Origin: Candidatus Saccharimonadales bacterium
Lineage (GTDB): Bacteria; Patescibacteriota; Saccharimonadia; Saccharimonadales; UBA10212
DNA: 60,651 nt
Assembly: GCA_035480715.1 (NCBI GenBank)
Contig: DATIHL010000011.1
Coordinates: forward strand, 80,722 to 141,372
Reading direction: 5' to 3'
In this document: in pieces, positions 39,300 through 48,674 of the stretch
Numbering within the stretch: the first letter of the stretch is position 1
How the letters are laid out: every line of letters starts with the position of its first letter
Translations under genes and position numbers: made by a program
The notes under the pieces: generated by a model
Told to the model about the DNA's origin: nothing
Databases searched by the model: none
What the model saw: only the letters and a program-made list of their open reading frames with translations

Positions 39300-41312
39300 A
39301 TGAACTCTGGCTTATTTATCGTTTTAGAAGGCAGTGACGGATCTGGAAAAACCACGCAGTTCAAACTCTTAACGCAGAGGTTAAAGGCCGCAGGACATGA
39401 CGTGGATGTCTATGATTTTCCGCGTTACGATCAAACTTCGAGCTACTTTGTACAGCGCTACCTAAATGGAGAATACGGCCCCGCATCCGAAGTTAGCCCC
39501 TACACTGCATCCTTGTTTTACGCTCTTGACCGTTTTGAAGCCGCTCCTCAGATCAGACAGAGTCTAGCTGATGGCAGAATTGTTGTGGCTAACAGGTACG
39601 CCGGCTCAAACATGGCTCATCAAGGCTCTAAATTCACCAGCTCTGGTGAGCAACGAGGATTTTTTGTATGGGCGGATAGTTTGGAGTTTCAACTCTTGGG
39701 CATACCCAGACCGACGCTTAATTTATTCCTTCGAGTGCCGGCCGATGTTTCGCACGAGCTGATCAAAAAAAAGCAAGCTAGATCTTATACTGAAAAATCC
39801 CATGATGAACACGAAGCCGACATCGAACACTTGCGTAAATCAGTTGCTACTTACGATACGTTGTGCCAACTTTTCCCCAGAGATTTTAAGGCTGTTGAGT
39901 GCTCCGAAGATGGAGAAATTTTATCTATCACAGAGATAAATAACCGTATTTGGCAAATGTTAAAACCGCTATTACCAAAGCCGTCCCATAGTGGCCGTAC
40001 AATGGTTGTTAGCCTTGATGAGCAGCTTGTTGCCGAAACTACCATCAAGAAAGAACCTGCAGCCATTGTTGATAGCCTTGCCAGTCGCGAACTGCCGCAG
40101 CAAGTATCGATAGAGGTGGAAGACATAAGCTTATTGGCATTAAATAGCTTCCTTGGCACGTCAGGTGTGACTATTAAATACTCCGTCCACTGGCCCCAAC
40201 GCGAAGGTAAAACCAGACTGAATTACTACATACCGTCTCAGTTTTCGCCCAAACTAACCAAAGAATATAACGCTGTGATGACCGCTTTGTCTGACTTATA
40301 CAGAAACATAGAGAAAAAAATCGAAATCCAAACCAAAAAACCTGTCAACAAAACCTCTGTCGAGCAAGCTAAAGAACACTTAAAAGCTCTGATCCCAATG
40401 ACAGTACTCTGCAACGTGTCAGTATCTGGAAGCAATAAGGCAATTTCAGACTATATACACCTCGCTGCGGCCAGCGACTTGTCCGAGATACAGCAGCTAG
40501 GCCAACAACTTGCTGACGGAACTAAAAAAACTGTTAAATCAGTGAGCGACGAGTCGCTCAAACAACCAGAAGCGCTTAAAAGTATTGTTAAGCAGCTGGA
40601 TGAGGTTCGTTTATCGTCAGAATCAGTTGACTTTACCGATGTGAAACTACTGCATGTTTGGCCAAAGAACGAGCTTGATCTACTGGTTGACTGCTTATAT
40701 CCTCATAGCAGTTTGGGACGTGAGGCTATAGCCGCTGAGCTTGATAAGTGGACATATCAACAAAAGTCCGATGCCCTCAAAGCCGCCATTACACAGGATG
40801 CTAATATTATCTTAAAAAAAACTCGCTACAGCTTCGATGTTATCGATGATCGCCTAACTCTAGAAGATTTAGTTGAGCAAGTTAGACCAAGCGAACTTCA
40901 ACTTCAGCCACCCACAGCTAGATACGGCTACGAAGTCCCAGCAGAAATCGAAGAACTTGGACTCGACGATAAGTACATCGAGTGCTTTGATCTAAGCTTG
41001 CGTCTATTCAGCGACATTCAAGCTGAGGGGCATCAGCATTTGGCGGGGTACGCCACTCTAGCGGGGCACAGGCTTAGATGGCAATTTGGCACCAATGGGC
41101 TATCAATCTATAAACACTACCCAAAAACTAGCAGTAATTTCTTAAACTTAGTATTGTCATTACGGGGAAAAATTGCTGAAGTTCATCCATTGATAAGTCA
41201 ATCAGCTAAAGCAACACTAAAAAAACAAGTAGACTTACCGCAGCCAGCCATCGAGGGAAGGCAAACGGCCAAAAAAGCAGCCAAGAAACGCAGCACCAAA
41301 CGCAATAAATAG
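39300..41312 (+). CDS. tmk: Thymidylate kinase fused to a degenerate ThyX-like region
   Basis: EGSDGSGKTT, FPRY, ALDR, ANRY in the N-terminal ~225 aa; C-terminus resembles tandem ThyX without catalytic motifs. Confidence 0.8.
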   Translation: MNSGLFIVLEGSDGSGKTTQFKLLTQRLKAAGHDVDVYDFPRYDQTSSYFVQRYLNGEYGPASEVSPYTASLFYALDRFEAAPQIRQSLADGRIVVANRYAGSNMAHQGSKFTSSGEQRGFFVWADSLEFQLLGIPRPTLNLFLRVPADVSHELIKKKQARSYTEKSHDEHEADIEHLRKSVATYDTLCQLFPRDFKAVECSEDGEILSITEINNRIWQMLKPLLPKPSHSGRTMVVSLDEQLVAETTIKKEPAAIVDSLASRELPQQVSIEVEDISLLALNSFLGTSGVTIKYSVHWPQREGKTRLNYYIPSQFSPKLTKEYNAVMTALSDLYRNIEKKIEIQTKKPVNKTSVEQAKEHLKALIPMTVLCNVSVSGSNKAISDYIHLAAASDLSEIQQLGQQLADGTKKTVKSVSDESLKQPEALKSIVKQLDEVRLSSESVDFTDVKLLHVWPKNELDLLVDCLYPHSSLGREAIAAELDKWTYQQKSDALKAAITQDANIILKKTRYSFDVIDDRLTLEDLVEQVRPSELQLQPPTARYGYEVPAEIEELGLDDKYIECFDLSLRLFSDIQAEGHQHLAGYATLAGHRLRWQFGTNGLSIYKHYPKTSSNFLNLVLSLRGKIAEVHPLISQSAKATLKKQVDLPQPAIEGRQTAKKAAKKRSTKRNK

Positions 41313-41315
41313 TTG

Positions 41316-41344
41316 TTGCACCGAAGTTATTCATATGCTAGGAT
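41316..41344 (+). promoter_or_regulatory. rplJ promoter
   Basis: TTGCAC(41316)-17 nt-TAGGAT(41339) with TG extension. Confidence 0.65.
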
Positions 41345-41354
41345 ACTACTGGAC

Positions 41355-41412
41355 ACCAGAGACAGTAGCTGTCGCAAGACTTAATCCGCTGGTTAGTGGA
41401 GCTACCGAGGTA
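41355..41412 (+). ncRNA. L10 leader (L10(L12)4-binding cis-regulatory RNA)
   Basis: AGACAGTAGC...TTAA...GCTACCGAGG matches the L10-leader pattern; directly upstream of rplJ. Confidence 0.8.
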
Positions 41413-41436
41413 AAAACATCTGTTTTTGAACTTGCA

Positions 41437-41464
41437 AGTCTTTGGTTTCGCCAAAGATTTTTTT
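41437..41464 (+). terminator. Attenuator terminator of the rplJ leader
   Basis: AGTCTTTGG-TTTCG-CCAAAGATT followed by a T run, before the rplJ SD. Confidence 0.75.
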
Positions 41465-41481
41465 AAATTAAGGAGCCTCCT

Positions 41482-42015
41482 GTGGCACTAAGCCGACAAA
41501 AGAAAGAAGCAACCGTGCAAGACGTTGAACAGCTTTTAGCTGATTCTAAAATGACGGTTTTTGTGCATTACGCAGGTACGCCGGTTAAGGCTTTGCAAGA
41601 ACTACGCCTACAGGCAAGGGAAAATGGTACTCAGCTGAGAGTAGTCAAAAATCGCCTGTTCAAAAAGGCTCTAGAATCAAATTCAAGCCTCAAAAATGTC
41701 GGTACAGATAGCATCCAAGGACAACTTCTGTATGCTTTTAACCGGACAGATGAGGTTGCGCCAGCACAAAGTCTGGCCGCTTTTGCTCGAGCCAATCCTC
41801 AGATTAAATTTGTGGGAGCGATTACAGATGAGGGGCAACTTTTGAGCGCCGACGACGTAAAAGCCTTAGCTAGTTTGCCTACAAAAGACCAGCTAAGAGC
41901 ACAGCTGGTGGCAACTATTGGATCACCAGTATCTGGATTTGTTGCGGTAATGGCAGGCAATGTGCGCGGAGTGCTCAATGTATTAAATGCGCGAGTCGAT
42001 AATTTAAGTAATTAA
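41482..42015 (+). CDS. rplJ: 50S ribosomal protein L10
   Basis: VVKNRLF, LASLPT; upstream of rplL. Confidence 0.96.
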   Translation: MALSRQKKEATVQDVEQLLADSKMTVFVHYAGTPVKALQELRLQARENGTQLRVVKNRLFKKALESNSSLKNVGTDSIQGQLLYAFNRTDEVAPAQSLAAFARANPQIKFVGAITDEGQLLSADDVKALASLPTKDQLRAQLVATIGSPVSGFVAVMAGNVRGVLNVLNARVDNLSN

Positions 42016-42041
42016 TTCAAGTAATAAGAAAGGACAATATA

Positions 42042-42566
42042 ATGGCCGACGAGGACAACAAGCAGGAAGATCAGGAAGCTACAGTTTCTGAAAACCAAGA
42101 GGAGGTCAAAGCCGAAGAAAAGATAGAAGCTGCCCCTGAGCCGGAAATTAAAGAAAAAAAGAAGGATAAAAAAGTCGAAACTCCAAAGGAATTTGAAAAG
42201 TTAGTGGATCAACTCGACAAATTAAGCGCCTTAGAGATAAGTAAATTCGTTAAATTCTTAGAGGAATATTGGGGTGTAAGTGCCGCTGCGCCAGCTGTAG
42301 CCGTAGCGGCACCAGCTGCTGGTGGTGACGCTGGAGCGCCCGCCGCAGAAGAGAAGAGCGAATTTGACGTTATCCTTAAAGACGCTGGTGCTCAGAAAGT
42401 AGCGGTTATCAAAGCCGTTAAAGATATCACGGGACTGGGTCTTGGTGAGGCTAAGGCATTGGTAGATGGCGCGCCTAAATCAATTAAGGAAAAGGCACCT
42501 AAAGACGAGGCTGAAGAGGCCAAGAAAACACTCGAAACTGCAGGCGCTACAGTCGAGCTCGCTTAA
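42042..42566 (+). CDS. rplL: 50S ribosomal protein L7/L12 with ~50-aa charged N-terminal extension
   Basis: GVSAAA hinge, [19 protein letters not shown]. Confidence 0.98.
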   Translation: MADEDNKQEDQEATVSENQEEVKAEEKIEAAPEPEIKEKKKDKKVETPKEFEKLVDQLDKLSALEISKFVKFLEEYWGVSAAAPAVAVAAPAAGGDAGAPAAEEKSEFDVILKDAGAQKVAVIKAVKDITGLGLGEAKALVDGAPKSIKEKAPKDEAEEAKKTLETAGATVELA

Positions 42567-42578
42567 AAATAGCAAAAT

Positions 42579-42633
42579 TTATCCACAGCACTTAGCTTGA
42601 CACTTTGACTTAAACTGTCCGTTATGTTAGGTT
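42579..42633 (+). promoter_or_regulatory. Perfect DnaA box next to a promoter
   Basis: TTATCCACA at 42579-42587; TTGACT(42605)-17 nt-TAGGTT(42628) with TG extension. Confidence 0.55.
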
Positions 42634-42681
42634 TAGCTTAAGACTGTAGTCAAACAAAGACTAGGGGTTGGAGTACGAAAA

Positions 42682-43194
42682 ATGTCGGATATACCAGAGA
42701 AACAAATAAAAAGATTGCGGGCTTTGCTGAGCGAGGCAGAGACTAATGTGGCAGCTGCAAAAGAGCTGTTGATTAGTATTGTCGGCGAAGATGCTGAGCT
42801 AGTAGAGAAAGTCAAAGATAAGGCACTAGGCAAGGTTATCGAGGGTGTTTTCGATGGCCAAAACATGGTTGGGTCGGATGGAAAGACCTATCCAGTTCCA
42901 GCAAACTACGCCAGTAAATCTAAGCTAGTTCAGGGCGACATTCTAAAGCTCACGATTGCTGATGATGGCGCATTTTTATATAAGCAGATTGGTCCTGTGC
43001 CTAGAAAGCAAGTTGTGGGCGTCTTGCAGCAAAAAGAGGGTCACTACTTTGTCGATGTTAATGGCAAAGAATATCGAGTCCTGCTCGCCAGCGTGACCTA
43101 TTTCAAGGCCAAGCCGGGTGATCAGGTTAGCGTTAATATTCCAGAAGACGATAGCGTCAACGCCGAGTGGGCCGCCTTAGAAGCTGCTTTATAA
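42682..43194 (+). CDS. CPR-conserved hypothetical protein (coiled coil plus beta-rich domains)
   Basis: EGVFDGQNM..DGKTYPVPANYASKSKLV.GD.LKL motif, recalled from CPR genomes downstream of rplL. Confidence 0.75.
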   Translation: MSDIPEKQIKRLRALLSEAETNVAAAKELLISIVGEDAELVEKVKDKALGKVIEGVFDGQNMVGSDGKTYPVPANYASKSKLVQGDILKLTIADDGAFLYKQIGPVPRKQVVGVLQQKEGHYFVDVNGKEYRVLLASVTYFKAKPGDQVSVNIPEDDSVNAEWAALEAAL

Positions 43195-43250
43195 GAGCGA
43201 CCCCAATTTACATCTATTTAGCATTTATACATTAATATTCCACCCCAAAA

Positions 43251-43571
43251 ATGATAAAAAGAAGAAAAATAATATTAGTGGTAATAACATGTTTTGCATT
43301 TATATTGCTGCTAGGGCACTATATTCCCATATCTGAGAATCGAGTCGATAACATTGGTGTGTGTCCACTATTAGATAACTCGAGTCAAAGTGTCTGCGAG
43401 CTCCATCAAAGCTATAGAATACTTCCAGGCCAGTTAATTTCAAATTACTATTCTCGTGAGTTTGATGCTTATAAAAAAATGCGCTCGCAGACTGAGCCTC
43501 TACCACAAGACCCAAGATTTCGCACGCCCGACACACTTATTCACACGACTGCCAAGCTTTATCTTTGGTAA
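43251..43571 (+). CDS. Small secreted or membrane-anchored hypothetical protein
   Basis: Basic N-terminus followed by a hydrophobic helix; AT-rich. Confidence 0.55.
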   Translation: MIKRRKIILVVITCFAFILLLGHYIPISENRVDNIGVCPLLDNSSQSVCELHQSYRILPGQLISNYYSREFDAYKKMRSQTEPLPQDPRFRTPDTLIHTTAKLYLW

Positions 43572-43618
43572 TTTCTACAATCTAATCTCAAGGTTCTATC
43601 GACTATAATAGAAGCACT

Positions 43619-45100
43619 GTGGGACAAGCTTTATATAGAAAATATCGGCCGCGCAGCTTCTCGGAAGCTATTGGACAAGAAGCAGTTACTAAAACACTTA
43701 GTGAGGCTATTAAAACTGGTCGGATTAGTCATGCCTACCTTTTTGCCGGACCAAGGGGTGTCGGCAAAACGTCTATAGCCAGAATACTAGCCCATGAGGT
43801 AAATAAATTGCCTTATCAGCATGATAATATCCACCTGGATATAATAGAAATTGACGCTGCCAGCAATCGTCGGATTGACGAGATTCGCGATTTACGGGAA
43901 AAGGTTCACATCGCACCGACTTCTGCTAAATACAAGGTTTATATCATTGACGAAGTGCATATGTTGACCAAAGAAGCTTTCAACGCTCTTTTAAAGACGC
44001 TTGAAGAACCACCAGCCCATTGTATTTTTATTTTAGCCACCACTGAAGCGCACAAATTGCCCGAAACTATAGTTAGCCGTACTCAGAGGTTCAATTTTAA
44101 GCCGATTGGGCCACAGGCAACTCGAAAACACCTGGAAAAAATAGCTGGGTCAGAGAAGGTAGATATTGACACTAATGCTCTGGCTTTGCTGGCTGAATAT
44201 GGGGATGGGAGCCTGCGCGACATCATTGGTTTACTCGACCAACTAAGCTCTACGTCAAAGAAGATCACTGAAGAGGATGTCCGCAACTTACTTGGCATTC
44301 CACCCAAACAAGCCATAGATCAGCTCGCAGAGCATATTCTAAATGGCGAGGCTCACAAAGCCTTGCAGAACCTTGATGGCCTAAAAGAGCAGGGTATGAA
44401 TTCTGTAACTGTGGCTAAGTCCCTCGCGCAATACTTGCGCCAAAAGCTTTTAGACCAAAATCTTTCAGCCGATTGGGTCATTAAGCTATTAAAGCAGCTT
44501 GTTGAAGTTTCATCGAGTGGCCAACCCCAGGAAACTCTAGAGCTAAGCGTACTGGAAGCTGCCGCGCACAGCAGCAGGCATACGGACAAGGTAGTCAGAC
44601 TAACAGATCAGACCGATAACAGCAGAAGGGTGTCCGAACCCAAAAAAGAAACTATAAAAACCGAAAGGACTAAATCTGTTGACGTAGTTAAAGACGAAGC
44701 AATTATCAAGTCTATAGACTCTAAAACCTTTAATTTAGATTTATGGAACGATCTGCTCGAACGCGTTAGATCAGAGTTACCGTCATTATATACGGCGCTG
44801 CGACTGGCTGAGCCATCAATCGCGGAGGATAAACTAGTGTTATCATTTCCTTTCCAGCTTCACCAAAAAAAGGTCATGGAAGCCAAGCATATTAGCCTAA
44901 TCGGACGGCTCCTAGAAGATTTAGGAAACACTAAAATGCAGATTGAGTGCGTAGTCGATAGAGAACTATCTATAAAACGCAGCGGTGCTAGAGCCAGCTC
45001 AAATACCGAAAAAATAGCTAAAGATAATGCCAAAAATGATGACTCTGATCTTCAAACAATAAGCAATATCTTCGGTTCAGCAGAGGTGTTAGAATCATAA
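43619..45100 (+). CDS. dnaX: DNA polymerase III gamma/tau subunit
   Basis: ALYRKYRP, GPRGVGKTS, IDEVHML, FNALLKTLEEPP. Confidence 0.98.
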   Translation: MGQALYRKYRPRSFSEAIGQEAVTKTLSEAIKTGRISHAYLFAGPRGVGKTSIARILAHEVNKLPYQHDNIHLDIIEIDAASNRRIDEIRDLREKVHIAPTSAKYKVYIIDEVHMLTKEAFNALLKTLEEPPAHCIFILATTEAHKLPETIVSRTQRFNFKPIGPQATRKHLEKIAGSEKVDIDTNALALLAEYGDGSLRDIIGLLDQLSSTSKKITEEDVRNLLGIPPKQAIDQLAEHILNGEAHKALQNLDGLKEQGMNSVTVAKSLAQYLRQKLLDQNLSADWVIKLLKQLVEVSSSGQPQETLELSVLEAAAHSSRHTDKVVRLTDQTDNSRRVSEPKKETIKTERTKSVDVVKDEAIIKSIDSKTFNLDLWNDLLERVRSELPSLYTALRLAEPSIAEDKLVLSFPFQLHQKKVMEAKHISLIGRLLEDLGNTKMQIECVVDRELSIKRSGARASSNTEKIAKDNAKNDDSDLQTISNIFGSAEVLES

Positions 45101-45124
45101 GTACCAGACTTAGGGGGCGTTTAA

Positions 45125-46492
45125 ATGGATAAAGATAAGAGTGTACACTCTCCGCCGCAAAATCTAGATGCCGAAACGAGCTTGCTAGGCAGTCTGATTA
45201 TTGACAGCGACGGCTTTATTAAAATTGGCGATTTGATTAGGCCGGATGACTTCTTCAACCAGCAGCACGTAATTATTTTTACTGCTATGAGAACCCTGCA
45301 TGATAGGCACAGTCCAATTGATATCCTGACCTTGAGCGAGCAATTGAAAAGCTCCGGCAAGCTGGATGTCGTCGGCGGCGCCAGTTATTTGACCGAGCTC
45401 ACTAACTATGTGCCAACGGCGGCACACCTTGAGCAGTACGCCCAGATCGTGGCTGATAAAGCCATTAGACGCCGCCTAATCAGCGCTTCGGTTGATATTG
45501 CGGCCATTGGTAGGGAAGAAGATAAAACTTTATCCGAGTTAATAGAAGAGGCCGAAACTCGCCTGTTTGAAGTCAGCCAAACGCACGTCAGGCAAGACAT
45601 AACTTCGCTCGAATCCATTCTAGGTGAGAGCTTTGATAGGTTAGACGATCTCCACCGCAAAAAAGGTGGTTTAAGGGGCATACCGACCGGTCTGCGCGAC
45701 CTAGACAAGTGGATAGCTGGTTTGCAGCGTTCTGATTTAGTAGTTATTGCAGCGCGTCCTTCGATGGGCAAAACCGCCATGATGCTTAATATGTCACTCG
45801 ATATTGCGACCAAAGCCAATCAGGGCGCAGTCTTGTATTTCAGTCTGGAAATGAGCAAAGAGCAGTTAGTAGACCGTTTATTGGCCGCCGAAGCCAGCGT
45901 TGATGCCTGGAAGTTACGTACAGGCGACGGACTCACAGATGAAGACTTTGAGCGCATAAGTACAGCTATGGGCGCACTGGCTGAAGCACCAATTTTTATT
46001 GATGATACATCAGGAGTTACGGTCTCTGATTTGCGCACTAAGGCCCGCCGATTGCACCACCAGCACCCGTTGGCGGTCATTATGGTCGACTATTTGCAGT
46101 TAATGAGCGGCGGTTCGAGGTTTGCTACTACTGCTAATAGGGTCCAAGAAATTTCGGAAATTAGCCGGAACTTAAAAATATTAGCTCGGGAATTGAACGT
46201 GCCTGTAGTGGCTGCCAGTCAGCTTAGCCGTTCAGTTGAAGGACGCTCCCCTCAAATCCCGCAACTGGCAGATTTGCGCGAATCCGGCTCGATTGAGCAA
46301 GATGCCGACATAGTTATGTTCTTGTACCGTGAGGAGTGGTATAACCCGGACACCGATCGCCAGAATATTACAGACATATACATTAAAAAACACCGCAACG
46401 GTCCGACCGGAAACTTTGAGCTTTACTTTGATCGAGTAACACAGCGCTTTCGTGATTTAGACACCAAACACCAGCAACCTTTTGAAGGGTAA
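45125..46492 (+). CDS. dnaB: Replicative DNA helicase
   Basis: AARPSMGKT, FSLEMS, VDYLQLM, DLRESGSIEQDAD, KHRNGP. Confidence 0.99.
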   Translation: MDKDKSVHSPPQNLDAETSLLGSLIIDSDGFIKIGDLIRPDDFFNQQHVIIFTAMRTLHDRHSPIDILTLSEQLKSSGKLDVVGGASYLTELTNYVPTAAHLEQYAQIVADKAIRRRLISASVDIAAIGREEDKTLSELIEEAETRLFEVSQTHVRQDITSLESILGESFDRLDDLHRKKGGLRGIPTGLRDLDKWIAGLQRSDLVVIAARPSMGKTAMMLNMSLDIATKANQGAVLYFSLEMSKEQLVDRLLAAEASVDAWKLRTGDGLTDEDFERISTAMGALAEAPIFIDDTSGVTVSDLRTKARRLHHQHPLAVIMVDYLQLMSGGSRFATTANRVQEISEISRNLKILARELNVPVVAASQLSRSVEGRSPQIPQLADLRESGSIEQDADIVMFLYREEWYNPDTDRQNITDIYIKKHRNGPTGNFELYFDRVTQRFRDLDTKHQQPFEG

Positions 46493-46512
46493 GTTCTGCT
46501 ATACTTTGAATT

Positions 46513-47703
46513 ATGTTAGTGCTCTGGCGGAGAGCTTGGCCTTCGTGGGTAAAAGTCCAACCGCTCATTATTGGTGGGCTGCTGATAATATTTATTATAA
46601 CTTTCTATTTTTGGCGACTAGGTTCACTGACTGCCGGTCTTGGTCCGACAGAATACTTATCTCGACAAAATAGTAGCTCGACCAGTCATATTTTAAAGTC
46701 AGGAATCAACGCGCCGTACCACTTAGTGCAGCACTGGTTATCCGATTTAGGTCACAATAATCTGTTTTCTCTGCGGTTGGGATCAGTGGCATTTGGCCTG
46801 GTAATTCTTTTCTGTCTTTTTAACTTGCTGCGTATGTGGTTTGGTAAAACTATTGCTACCTTTGCCCTACTTATCTTCCTGAGTACACCTTGGTTGGTTT
46901 TACAAACTAGAACAGCTAGCCCGGACATTATGCTGCTGTGGCCGATAGTGCTTTTGGCATTTTTTATTATGACTCTTCGGGCGCAGCGAAGCGAGGGATT
47001 TTTTTGGATACTATTCTGTATTGTTGTTGCACTCGGGATATATACTCCGGGCATAATTTGGTTTGTAGCTACCGCTGCCATCGTGGCACGCCATACGATA
47101 CTAAACACCACCAAGCGAGTTGGCAGTTTAAATACGGTTTTAGGACTAGTGATCGGCATTTTAATATTGGAGCCGTTGTTTCAGGCAATTGCTGTTGAGC
47201 CATCGCGCGCTAAAGATCTTTTTTTAATACCAGCTCACTGGCCTCCAGCAGTTGAAGCACTAAAGTCTACAGCCTGGAGCGCACTTTCGCTTTTTTGGCG
47301 GACCAGGGCTCCTGTAGATATTAGTATCGACAGATTACCAATTCTCAATATTTTGCAAATAGCACTAGCGGTGTTTGGCGCATATGCCCTAGGATCTAAG
47401 ACGCGACGAGTTACTTATTTTTTAGTGGGCTTTTTAATATTTTCGATTCTGCTAGCTGGACTAAATCAAAATCTTCATATAATAACCTTAGGTCTGCCGG
47501 CAATGGCTGTCTTTATAGCTGCCGGACTGCGTTATATCTACGTTGAATGGCGCCGGGTGTTTCCGCTCAATCCTTTTGCCAAAGCTTTGGCTCTGGGGTT
47601 AATAGCCTTAGTAGTTGGAGCGCAGCTGTCTTTCTCGACGCGTTATACATTAGTAGCTTGGCCTCACACGGCAGCCACAAAGTCTACTTACGTGCTAAAA
47701 TAA
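46513..47703 (+). CDS. Polytopic membrane protein, GT-C (ArnT/PMT-like) glycosyltransferase candidate
   Basis: Many TM helices; NAPYH, FSLRL, SP...R pattern typical of PMT_2-like proteins. Confidence 0.6.
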   Translation: MLVLWRRAWPSWVKVQPLIIGGLLIIFIITFYFWRLGSLTAGLGPTEYLSRQNSSSTSHILKSGINAPYHLVQHWLSDLGHNNLFSLRLGSVAFGLVILFCLFNLLRMWFGKTIATFALLIFLSTPWLVLQTRTASPDIMLLWPIVLLAFFIMTLRAQRSEGFFWILFCIVVALGIYTPGIIWFVATAAIVARHTILNTTKRVGSLNTVLGLVIGILILEPLFQAIAVEPSRAKDLFLIPAHWPPAVEALKSTAWSALSLFWRTRAPVDISIDRLPILNILQIALAVFGAYALGSKTRRVTYFLVGFLIFSILLAGLNQNLHIITLGLPAMAVFIAAGLRYIYVEWRRVFPLNPFAKALALGLIALVVGAQLSFSTRYTLVAWPHTAATKSTYVLK

Positions 47704-47726
47704 CAAGCGTAAAGCGAGGTGTAAAA

Positions 47727-48020
47727 GTGAGTAAGTTTGATCAAGCGAAGCTTCTTATGAAGGCCCGAAAACTCCAAAAAGAGCTTCAAAAAGAGATAAT
47801 TACAGTCGAAACGGGTGACGGCGCTGTGCGTGTCGAGATAAGCGGCGAGCAAAAAATAAAGAAGGTTCATATCGACCCGCAGGCAGTTGACCTGGAAGAC
47901 ATCGGGCAATTGGAAGGCTGGGTTGAGGAAGCAGTAAAAGAAGCTATCAATAGAAGCCAAAAACTGGCGGCTGAAAAAATGCAGCCAATGATGGGTGCGC
48001 TGAGTAATTTAGGACTCTAG
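47727..48020 (+). CDS. ybaB: YbaB/EbfC nucleoid-associated protein
   Basis: GDGAVRVEISG, IDP; upstream of recR; GTG start with GAGGT SD. Confidence 0.93.
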   Translation: MSKFDQAKLLMKARKLQKELQKEIITVETGDGAVRVEISGEQKIKKVHIDPQAVDLEDIGQLEGWVEEAVKEAINRSQKLAAEKMQPMMGALSNLGL

Positions 48021-48027
48021 ATAGTCC

Positions 48028-48636
48028 ATGCATCCGGCTATACCAAAATCCCTTCAAGAGCTAATTGAAGCTTTTGGTAGTTTGCCTGGAGTCGGTCCGC
48101 GTACAGCCGAGCGCTATGCTTACTACCTTCTGCACAGCGATCCAGCTAAAGCCCGTTCCTTAGCCAGCGCACTCGAAAAGCTGCATACCAGCGTCAGTTA
48201 TTGCCCCGTAACATTCGCCTTAATAGAGAAGAGTCAAAAAATCAGCCCACTATACACTGATCCAAAACGCGATAAAAGACAAGTAGCGGTTGTGGCAGAT
48301 CCATTTGATGTGGTGGCTATAGAGAAAACCGGTAAGTTTATGGGTACCTACCACGTTCTAGGAGGCCTGCTTTCGCCGATTGAAGGAGTTGGCCCTGAAC
48401 AACTGCACCTTGCCCAGCTAATCAAGAGAGTAGATAAAGATAAGGTTAAAGAGCTAATCTTAGCCACCAATGCCAGCGTAGAGGGGGAAAGCACCGCTCT
48501 GCTGGTTACGCAAGAGATCGGGAAGCGCCGCGTAAAAATTACTCGATTAGCACGTGGCCTTCCAGTTGGAGTGGACTTAGAATACGCCGATCAGATCACA
48601 CTGACCCGGGCGTTGGAGGGTAGACAAGCTATTTAA
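48028..48636 (+). CDS. recR: Recombination protein RecR
   Basis: LPGVGPRTAER, YHVLGG, ELILATN..VEGE, TRLARGLPVG. Confidence 0.97.
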   Translation: MHPAIPKSLQELIEAFGSLPGVGPRTAERYAYYLLHSDPAKARSLASALEKLHTSVSYCPVTFALIEKSQKISPLYTDPKRDKRQVAVVADPFDVVAIEKTGKFMGTYHVLGGLLSPIEGVGPEQLHLAQLIKRVDKDKVKELILATNASVEGESTALLVTQEIGKRRVKITRLARGLPVGVDLEYADQITLTRALEGRQAI

Positions 48637-48674
48637 TTGATAGTTAAGCGGTGCCTTTTGCTAAACTTAAGTAG

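Noticed and set aside
47547..47726. N-terminal extension of the ybaB ORF
   Set aside because: Overlaps the upstream membrane-protein gene; GTG 47727 has an SD and matches the family start.
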